A program made the position numbers and the translations under genes. The notes under the pieces were generated by a model. It saw only the letters and a program-made list of their open reading frames with translations, was not told where the DNA came from and searched no databases. Of a stretch of 64,000 bases of DNA, positions 57,493-64,000 are shown one piece after another. Source of the stretch: Verrucomicrobiia bacterium (GTDB lineage: Bacteria > Verrucomicrobiota > Verrucomicrobiia > Limisphaerales > UBA8199). Each line of letters starts with the position of its first letter. Within the stretch, counting starts at the first letter, position 1. The stretch is taken from assembly GCA_035294005.1 (NCBI GenBank), contig DATGLT010000188.1, positions 14,154 through 78,153 on the forward strand, read 5' to 3'.

Positions 57493-59421
57493 ATGAATCG
57501 CGAAGCTTTGGACCGCTGGTGCGAGCGGGGCATTCTGGGTCTGGCCTTATGCATCCTCGCTGGCGGCCCGTTGGCGCTGGGCGCCGTTCGCAACCTGGAT
57601 TTCGCCGTCATCCAGGGATTGACGCTCGGGGTCATGGTTCTGTGGATGGCCCGGTTGTGGCTTGCCGAAAAGCCTCGGTTGCTCTGGCCGCCCATCTGCT
57701 GGGGCGTAGTGGCATGCGTTGTTTACGTCGCAGTGCGATATTTCCATGCGGACGTGGAATATCTCGCCCGCCTGGAACTGCTGCACGTGCTGGTATACGG
57801 CTTCCTGTTCCTTGCGATCCTCAATAACCTGCACCGGCAGGAAACCATTCAAGTGGTCACCTACACCGTTTTGTTCGTCGGGATGGCGATCGCCTTTTAC
57901 GGGACTTATCAGTTTTTCACCAGCTCCGATAAGGTGTGGAACATGATTAAGCCGTACCCTCATCGCGGCTCCGGCACCTTTTACAACCCGAACCACTTCG
58001 CGGGGTTCCTGGAAATGCTGCTGCCGCTCGGGTTGGCTTACACCTTGACCGGCCGGCTCAAGCCGGTGCCGCGGGTGTTTTTCGGCTACGTCTCTCTAGT
58101 GCTCCTGGGCGGTATCGCGGTCAGCGTTTCCAAAGGCGGATGGATTGCCACCGGTTTGTCCCTGTTGGCGTTCTTTGGCATTCTTCTGTTTCAACGCCGG
58201 TACCGTATTCCCGCTTTGGCGCTGATGGTGCTGCTGGTGGCGGCTTGCGCGTATGTGTTCCCCCGTAACATTTTTTTCCAGCTGCGCCTCAAGCAAATGT
58301 TCTCGCAGAACGGCAACGTCAACGACGAGCTGCGCTATTCGGTATGGCGCCCGGCCTTGCGCATGTGGCGGGAACATCCGTTGTGGGGAGTCGGCCCGGG
58401 ACATTTCAATGCCCGATTCCCCGCGTACCGGCCTGAGGGCCTCCAAATGGCCCCCGAATATGCGCACAACGACTACCTCAACACCCTGGCGGATTGGGGT
58501 GCGGTTGGGACAGGATTAGTCGCCATTACCTGGGGTCTGCTCGCGTTCGGCTTGGTTCAAACCTGGTCATCGGTGAGACTTTCCTCGGGCGATCTCGGGG
58601 GCAAGTCGGGCAGCAACAAATTTGCTTTTGTTTGTGGTGCGGCAGTCGGGTTGCTTTCGATCCTTTTGCACTCGGTGGTGGATTTCAACTTGCATATTCC
58701 AGCCAACGCTATCATGGCGGTGACGTTGATGGCGCTGCTCACGAGCCACCTGAGGTTTGCTACCGAGAGCTACTGGTTCCGCTGGCGCATCGGTTTGAAG
58801 CTGCTTGCCACTGTCCTCATCCTGAGCGGTGTCTGGTACATGGGCACTCAAGCCTGGCGCCAGGGTTCCGAGCAGGTGTGGTTGGCGCGCGCGCATCGCG
58901 CATCCTTATACTCTCCCGAACAAGTCAAATTGCTCAAGAGCGCCTACGCCGTTGAGCCTATGAATCCTCAAACCGCCTACCGGATTGGCGAAGCCTACCG
59001 CAAACAAAGCGAGGAAGGCGGTCAGCACTACTCCGGGCAGGAGGGGGTGGATTATCTTCAGTTGGCGACCAACTCCATGCAATGGTTCCGTCGAAGCATG
59101 GACCTGAACAAGTGGGATAGCCGGTCCTGGGCGGGGTACGGCTGGTGCCTCGATTGGCTCGATCAACAGACCAATTCACTCCCGTATTTCTGGCACGCGG
59201 AGGAATTGGATCCAAACAACTATTACAACCTCAACACAATTGGCTTGCATTTCGTGCAAACCGGCGATTTTGCGGCTGCCCGGCCCTGGTTCGAACGTTC
59301 GTTGCGATTGTCCTACCAGGATAACCCCATAGCAGTCAATTATCAGGCCATTTGCATCGCGAGGCTGGAAGAAGCAGCCACCAATGACTTGGCATCGCGG
59401 CTGAACCTTCGAGGTCAGTAA
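57493..59421 (+). CDS. O-antigen ligase (Wzy_C)-domain membrane protein with C-terminal TPR repeats
   Basis: About 11 TM segments. Wzy_C-like loop WGVGPGHFNARF...EYAHNDYLNTLADWG. The C-terminal ~190 aa are soluble TPR-like repeats. Confidence 0.85.
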   Translation: MNREALDRWCERGILGLALCILAGGPLALGAVRNLDFAVIQGLTLGVMVLWMARLWLAEKPRLLWPPICWGVVACVVYVAVRYFHADVEYLARLELLHVLVYGFLFLAILNNLHRQETIQVVTYTVLFVGMAIAFYGTYQFFTSSDKVWNMIKPYPHRGSGTFYNPNHFAGFLEMLLPLGLAYTLTGRLKPVPRVFFGYVSLVLLGGIAVSVSKGGWIATGLSLLAFFGILLFQRRYRIPALALMVLLVAACAYVFPRNIFFQLRLKQMFSQNGNVNDELRYSVWRPALRMWREHPLWGVGPGHFNARFPAYRPEGLQMAPEYAHNDYLNTLADWGAVGTGLVAITWGLLAFGLVQTWSSVRLSSGDLGGKSGSNKFAFVCGAAVGLLSILLHSVVDFNLHIPANAIMAVTLMALLTSHLRFATESYWFRWRIGLKLLATVLILSGVWYMGTQAWRQGSEQVWLARAHRASLYSPEQVKLLKSAYAVEPMNPQTAYRIGEAYRKQSEEGGQHYSGQEGVDYLQLATNSMQWFRRSMDLNKWDSRSWAGYGWCLDWLDQQTNSLPYFWHAEELDPNNYYNLNTIGLHFVQTGDFAAARPWFERSLRLSYQDNPIAVNYQAICIARLEEAATNDLASRLNLRGQ

Positions 59422-59506
59422 ACATAACCGGCGCGATTTTTGCTAAACACCAATCGATACGCGATTTGAGCAAGTAAAAAAGCTTAAAAAAAACTTTGAA
59501 TACTCG

Positions 59507-59535
59507 TTGACAAGCGCACTGGACTGAATAAAAAT
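59507..59535 (+). promoter_or_regulatory. putative sigma70-type promoter
   Basis: TTGACA at 59507-59512, a 16-17 nt spacer, and an A/T-rich -10 (TAAAAAT, 59529-59535). It sits ~40 nt upstream of the AGGAG RBS and the ATG at 59574, in an AT-rich intergenic stretch. Confidence 0.35.
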
Positions 59536-59573
59536 GCCTCAAACAGATGTAGGATTTTTGAGCAGGAGCAACT

Positions 59574-60431
59574 ATGAAACAAAATCGAAACCTATTAAAC
59601 TCCCTTGTTGGTTGCGCGATGGCGCTGGCGTTGATTTCAACGGCAGCGGCGCAGGGCGCAATGGACGGCGCCGCAAAGGTCGTCCGCGTTAAAGGTCCGG
59701 CGCGTTATACCACCGGCAACAATGTTTGGCAACCGGTCCGGGTCGGCGATGTTTTGCACCCGGGAACAGTCGTGCAAACCAGCACCGAAGAAGGTTCATT
59801 TGTTGACTTGGTTTTGGGCGACGGCAATGCCCCCGTTCCTCAGCCCGTGAAGTATCGTCCCAGCATTCCCGATTCAATGGCGTCCTCCGGCCTCTCGTTC
59901 CGTCCGAGTTCCGAGCAGAACGTCGTCCGCGTTTGGGCCAACAGCGCTCTTGGAATCGACAAGCTGACGAGCATGCAGACCGGCGCCGAGACGGTGACCG
60001 AAACACAGCTCGATCTCAAGCAAGGCCGGATTACCGGCAATGTGAAGAAAATGTCCGCCGCTTCGAAGTACGAGGTAAAGCTGCCGAACGGCGTTGCTGG
60101 TGTGCGCGGCACTCTGTTTGACATCCAGGCCGTCGGCATCGTGAAGGTCTATGTCGGCTCGATGGTTGTCGCTTGGGTCGATCCCAAGACGCAAAACGTC
60201 ACCACCCAGACCGTCATGGGCGGCCAGGCTTATGACGCTCCGAGCAACCAGATCACGCCGATTTCCCCCGCCGGCATGAGCGAACTCGAGGCTCTCTCGA
60301 TGGGTATGCTCGTCACTGGAACCGAAGCGAGCGTAACTCCTGCCAGCTTGGCATCTGATCATACCACGATTGGGATGTCTCCTGTCGGAGCAAGTGTTGA
60401 CAGCATCCCGGTGACGACCGGTGGCGATTAA
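59574..60431 (+). CDS. secreted FecR-domain protein
   Basis: Signal peptide MKQNRNLLNSLVGCAMALALISTAAAQG. FecR-like block VVRVKGPARYTTGNNVWQPVRVGDVLHPGTVVQTSTEEGSFVDLVLGDG. Confidence 0.75.
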   Translation: MKQNRNLLNSLVGCAMALALISTAAAQGAMDGAAKVVRVKGPARYTTGNNVWQPVRVGDVLHPGTVVQTSTEEGSFVDLVLGDGNAPVPQPVKYRPSIPDSMASSGLSFRPSSEQNVVRVWANSALGIDKLTSMQTGAETVTETQLDLKQGRITGNVKKMSAASKYEVKLPNGVAGVRGTLFDIQAVGIVKVYVGSMVVAWVDPKTQNVTTQTVMGGQAYDAPSNQITPISPAGMSELEALSMGMLVTGTEASVTPASLASDHTTIGMSPVGASVDSIPVTTGGD

Positions 60432-60458
60432 TAGAACTTAGTTGCTTCTTTTACAAAA

Positions 60459-60491
60459 CCAGGGCAAGCCTTGTGCCGCCCTGGTTTTTTT
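60459..60491 (+). terminator. rho-independent terminator
   Basis: Stem ccagggc (60459-60465) pairs with gccctgg (60478-60484). It is followed by TTTTTTTgTTTg, 28 nt after the stop at 60431. Confidence 0.85.
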
Positions 60492-60755
60492 GTTTGTGTA
60501 GCTTGGAGTGAACCTGAAGCGCGTCCGAATTGTCCCCTGCGTGGGGTTCCGGCAATAGCCAGACCGTTTGAGCGGCAGCATGGTTTGGCCCATGGGTGTG
60601 GTCTTGCCGCACGGGAGTTGGGTCTGGATCTGAACAGCGACGAGATTTATCTGGACGGGAGTCCCGACACGAAACCTTGAACTGCAACGCCAAATACTCC
60701 GGCTCCATGCGGGCATGTGTTGTTATCCTCGTGAGCTTTTGGCACAGTGTCCTCC

Positions 60756-61241
60756 ATGCGAACGGTCATTTACCCGGGCAGTTTTGATCCGCTCACCAAT
60801 GGACACCTGGACGTTATCCAGCGCGCAACCAAGCTTTTCGATCGAGTGATCGTTGCGGTGGCGCGCAGCGAAAGCAAGCGCCCGTTATTCAGTCAGAAAG
60901 AGCGCGCTGAAATGGTTGCCCAGGCTGTTCGAGGGGTACCTCATGTTGAAACGGATGCGTTCGACGGCTTGCTCATCGAATATGTCGAGCGACAATCCGC
61001 TCAGGCCGTGATTCGTGGTTTACGCGCCGTGTCCGACTTTGAATTTGAATTTCAGTTGGCTTTGATGAATCGTAAACTGAACGAGCGCATCGAAACGATT
61101 TTTATGATGCCTAAGGATACTTACACCTTCCTGAGCTCCCGCATCGTTAAGGAGATCGCCAGTTTGGGAGGGGATGTGAGCGCGTTCGTACCGGCGCATG
61201 TGAAAGCGGCATTGACCGCAAAACTAACGGCGCCGGTTTGA
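60756..61241 (+). CDS. coaD: phosphopantetheine adenylyltransferase
   Basis: MRTVIYPGSFDPLTNGHLDVIQRATKLFDRVIVAVA (T/HxGH nucleotidyltransferase motif) and ~160 aa. The ORF-track GTG at 60747 is an alternative start. Confidence 0.93.
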   Translation: MRTVIYPGSFDPLTNGHLDVIQRATKLFDRVIVAVARSESKRPLFSQKERAEMVAQAVRGVPHVETDAFDGLLIEYVERQSAQAVIRGLRAVSDFEFEFQLALMNRKLNERIETIFMMPKDTYTFLSSRIVKEIASLGGDVSAFVPAHVKAALTAKLTAPV

Positions 61242-61248
61242 TTATTTT

Positions 61249-61737
61249 ATGTCGTTGCAGGTCAATTTACGTCATTTGGAGCTGGATAACGTCACCCTTG
61301 ACGGGCAGCTTCCTGCGTCCGAGTTGGACATGGAGACGCGGGACGAGGTCATTCAGGCCAACCGGCCCCTGGAGTACCATCTCGAAGTCCAAAAATTCGA
61401 GGACGGGCTGCTCGTTCAAGGCAGATTACGGCTGGTGCTGAACTGCCAGTGTGTCAGGTGTTTGAAGTCCTTTGAATATGAGCTGAAACTCGACCCGTGG
61501 ACGTGCCATTTGCCCTTGCAGGGGGAGGAGGCGCTGCCGGTAGTGAGCGACTGCGTGGACTTGACGCCTGCAGTGCGGGAAGATATTCTGCTCGAGTTTC
61601 CGCAACATCCGTTGTGCGAACAGGACTGCCGCGGGCTGCGTAGCGGGTCCGGCGGCAAACCCAAGCCCATCAGTAACCCTGGTTTATCCGAAGAGGGGTC
61701 GCCGGCGTGGAATGAACTAAACAAACTGAAATTTTGA
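61249..61737 (+). CDS. yceD: DUF177 / YceD-family protein (ribosomal large-subunit accumulation protein)
   Basis: Conserved position immediately upstream of rpmF-plsX. Contains C-x-x-C (CQCVRCL) and LEFPQHPLC motifs. Confidence 0.85.
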   Translation: MSLQVNLRHLELDNVTLDGQLPASELDMETRDEVIQANRPLEYHLEVQKFEDGLLVQGRLRLVLNCQCVRCLKSFEYELKLDPWTCHLPLQGEEALPVVSDCVDLTPAVREDILLEFPQHPLCEQDCRGLRSGSGGKPKPISNPGLSEEGSPAWNELNKLKF

Positions 61738-61751
61738 CGATTTTATAGATT

Positions 61752-61940
61752 ATGGGTGTCCCTAAGAGAAAACCTTCGAAAAGCCGCCAACGCATGCGTC
61801 GGGCGTATAACAGCGTGCTGACTCTTCCCCAGTTGAGCACTTGCCCTCAGTGCGCCGCGCCTTACATTCCGCACCGCGTTTGCCCTGCTTGCGGATATTA
61901 CCGTGGGCGCCAGGTCCTTTCTGTGACCGCCGGCGGCTGA
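61752..61940 (+). CDS. rpmF: 50S ribosomal protein L32
   Basis: MGVPKRKPSKSRQRMRRAYN...CPQC...CPACGYYRGRQV, 62 aa. Confidence 0.95.
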   Translation: MGVPKRKPSKSRQRMRRAYNSVLTLPQLSTCPQCAAPYIPHRVCPACGYYRGRQVLSVTAGG

Positions 61941-61983
61941 CAGGCCCGGGTGCGCAGGGCGCGCCTTGCCCGTTCATTTGCTT

Positions 61984-63033
61984 ATGCGCATTGCTGTCGA
62001 TGTCATGGGCGGAGACCATGGGTGCGGGGTGGTGATTGAAGGCGCCATCCGCGCGCTGCAGGCTGACGAGCGTATCACGGCTCTTTTCCTCGTCGGCCAA
62101 AAATCCGAAATCCACGCCGCTTTGCCGCGCCGGGGTTTTCGCGATCACCGGGTTCGCGTTGTGCACGCGAGCGAGATCCTCACAATGGAGGACAAGCCGG
62201 TGGCCGCGGTGCGCAAGAAGAAGGATTGCTCAATCCTTCGCGCAATCGAGCTTGTCCATGACGGGAAAGCCGACGCGATTGTTTCGGTGGGCAATACGGG
62301 AGGGATCTTCGCGGCGGCCACATTCAAGCTGGGACGAATCCCCGGGCTGGATCGGGGTGGAATTGCGACAATCATTCCCACTCCGGACCACCACTTTGTC
62401 TTGCTGGATTCCGGCGCCAACATCGAGTGCAAACCCATTCACCTGGCCCACTACGCCGTGATGGGCAGCGTTTACTCCCGCGCAATTCTTGGTTGCTCCA
62501 GGCCGCGCGTCGGCATTTTGAGCATTGGCACCGAGGAAACCAAAGGCAATGAACTGACCCTCCAGGCCTTCCGGTTGTGCAAGCAGCTGGACATTAATTT
62601 TATCGGCAATGTCGAAGGTCATGATCTTTTCCGCAACCGGGTAGACGTCGTGGTCTGCGACGGTTTCGTGGGAAACATCGTTCTGAAGACGGCTGAAAGC
62701 CTGGCCTTGGCTATGTTTTCGATGCTGAAAAAGGAACTGACCGCCAATCCGCGCCGGCAGCTTGGGGCTCTTTTGGCTCAAAACGCTTTCCGCGCAATTC
62801 GCAAGCGCCTGGACCCCGAGGTGTACGGCGGAGCGCCTTTGCTGGGATTTAACGGCGCCGTTCTCAAGGCGCACGGTTCGGCTCGCGAGAGGGCGATCGC
62901 CAGCGCCATCCGGGTCACCACCGAAAACCTGCAGTGCCAGGTGAACCAAACGATTGCTGAGGAAATCGCGCGCGCAAATGAGCGCCTGGCGGCGCTCGAA
63001 CCCGCGCCCGCTCCGGCCCTTTCGGAAGGCTGA
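61984..63033 (+). CDS. plsX: phosphate acyltransferase PlsX
   Basis: MRIAVDVMGGDHG start (Met7 of ORF 61966-63033), and GNTGG, DGFVGN, GAPLLG blocks. Confidence 0.93.
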   Translation: MRIAVDVMGGDHGCGVVIEGAIRALQADERITALFLVGQKSEIHAALPRRGFRDHRVRVVHASEILTMEDKPVAAVRKKKDCSILRAIELVHDGKADAIVSVGNTGGIFAAATFKLGRIPGLDRGGIATIIPTPDHHFVLLDSGANIECKPIHLAHYAVMGSVYSRAILGCSRPRVGILSIGTEETKGNELTLQAFRLCKQLDINFIGNVEGHDLFRNRVDVVVCDGFVGNIVLKTAESLALAMFSMLKKELTANPRRQLGALLAQNAFRAIRKRLDPEVYGGAPLLGFNGAVLKAHGSARERAIASAIRVTTENLQCQVNQTIAEEIARANERLAALEPAPAPALSEG

Positions 63034-63080
63034 CACGCCGCGATGGGCCTGCACGTTTGCTCAAAACTCAGCAGTTCAGC

Positions 63081-64000
63081 ATGAGTCCAACTACCAAGCC
63101 TAAATTCAAGAATCCACGCGCCAAGTATAATTTCCTTGGCAGAAGTTGTTCCATTGCCGGAGTCGGCTCGTACGTGCCCGCGCGTCTCCTGACCAATGCC
63201 GATCTCGAAAAAATGGTGGACACTTCGGACGAGTGGATCACCACCCGCACGGGGATCAAAGAGCGGCACATCGCGGCCAAAGACGAGTTCACTTCGGACC
63301 TGGGAGCGCATGCCGCTTTGAAGGCGATGCAGGCCGCCGGGGTCACAGCCGAACAGATCGATCTCATTGTCGTGGCGACCATCACGCCCGACATGCCGTT
63401 TCCATCCACTGCCGCGCTGATTCAACGCAAGCTCGGCGCTCACCGGGCCGCGGCTTTTGATTTGGAAGCCGCATGTTCCGGGTTCATCTACGGCCTTGAA
63501 ATTGCCCAGCAGTTCATCATGTCCCGCACCTACGACACCGTGCTTGTCATCGGGGCGGAAAAGCTATCCTCGATTGTCGATTGGCAGGACCGGAACACCT
63601 GCGTTTTGTTCGGAGATGGCGCAGGCGCGGCCGTGCTTCGAAACCGGCCCAACGCGCACGGGTTGCTCACCGCGGTGATGGGCGCAGACGGCCGGAAAGC
63701 CGATTTGCTTTTCATGGCAGGTGGCGGGAGCCGGTGCCCGGCCACGCAGCAATCGGTTGACGCTCGCCTTCATTACTTGCGCATGGAAGGCAAAGAAACC
63801 TTCAAGAACGCGGTGCAGGCTATGGAAACGGCCGCGCTCGAAGCGTTGCACCGCTGCGAGATCGACATTTCACGCATCAAGCTAATCATCCCGCACCAGG
63901 CGAACCTTCGAATCATTGACGCAGTGGGCAAGCGCCTGGGGGCACAACCTGAGCAACTGTTTGTCAATTTACATAAATACGGCAACACCTCGGCCGCCTC
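63081..64000 (+). CDS. fabH: beta-ketoacyl-ACP synthase III (3' end runs off the window)
   Basis: Own translation from the ATG at 63081 gives MSPTTKPKF...IAGVGSYVPARLLTNADLEKMVDTSDEWITTRTGIKERHIA...FDLEAACSGFIYGL...IPHQANLRII...YGNTSAA. The frame is open to position 64000, so it is absent from the ORF track. Confidence 0.92.
   Translation, partial: MSPTTKPKFKNPRAKYNFLGRSCSIAGVGSYVPARLLTNADLEKMVDTSDEWITTRTGIKERHIAAKDEFTSDLGAHAALKAMQAAGVTAEQIDLIVVATITPDMPFPSTAALIQRKLGAHRAAAFDLEAACSGFIYGLEIAQQFIMSRTYDTVLVIGAEKLSSIVDWQDRNTCVLFGDGAGAAVLRNRPNAHGLLTAVMGADGRKADLLFMAGGGSRCPATQQSVDARLHYLRMEGKETFKNAVQAMETAALEALHRCEIDISRIKLIIPHQANLRIIDAVGKRLGAQPEQLFVNLHKYGNTSAA

Noticed and set aside
60471-60680. 69-aa plus-strand ORF in the intergenic region before coaD
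   Set aside because: It starts inside the terminator hairpin of the upstream gene. It has no RBS and no recognisable motif.
62230-63443. Minus-strand ORFs of 274 aa and 221 aa
   Set aside because: They are antisense to plsX and fabH, which are unambiguous.

Overview
Summary: 64 kb of chromosomal DNA, by eye moderately GC-rich and gene-dense. All calls rest on reading the supplied ORF translations, my own translation of the two edge-truncated genes, and recalled family motifs. No BLAST, HMM or folding was run.

Likely source (inference): a PVC-type bacterium, probably Verrucomicrobiota-like. The clues are:
- a prepilin-type N-terminus combined with an H-X9-DG-like C-terminus;
- N-terminal zinc-ribbon membrane proteins;
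- FN3, Ig-like and BspA-type LRR secreted proteins that end in an FYR motif.

Housekeeping genes:
- glnS (truncated at the window start) and lysS;
- tatD and tcdA;
- fdxA and nadA;
- a LeuC/HacA-like dehydratase large subunit;
- the conserved coaD / yceD-rpmF-plsX-fabH block, with fabH truncated at the window end.

Other content:
- two sensor kinases, one of them paired with a NarL-type response regulator;
- an AraC regulator followed by orphan DppD/DppF-type ATPases;
- several ABC ATPases, an OPT transporter, and a small sugar-transferase/acetyltransferase pair;
- a carbohydrate-related stretch (DUF2961/GH172-like, PIG-L deacetylase, ROK kinase-like, GH63-like glucosidase, SDR);
- many secreted or membrane hypotheticals.

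I saw no rRNA, tRNA, CRISPR array, transposase, integrase or phage genes.

Observations most worth following up:
1. A tightly coupled minus-strand operon at 7158-11165: a serine-palmitoyltransferase-like alpha-oxoamine synthase, an extended-SDR reductase, a sphingomyelin/IPC-synthase-like PAP2 enzyme and a DUF4184 membrane hydrolase. It looks like a sphingolipid-type lipid pathway.
2. An uncharacterised two-gene membrane operon at 23256-26014. Its secreted product would mature to an N-terminal His and carries duplicated HLHP motifs, suggesting a possible metal site.
3. A shared C-terminal module ending in FYR on three otherwise unrelated secreted proteins.
4. A ~600-bp structured non-coding region with an orphan bidirectional terminator between divergent genes (37254-37861).
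5. An isolated Ala/Lys-rich histone-H1-like gene.

Functional interpretations of all of these are inferences that need database and experimental checks.
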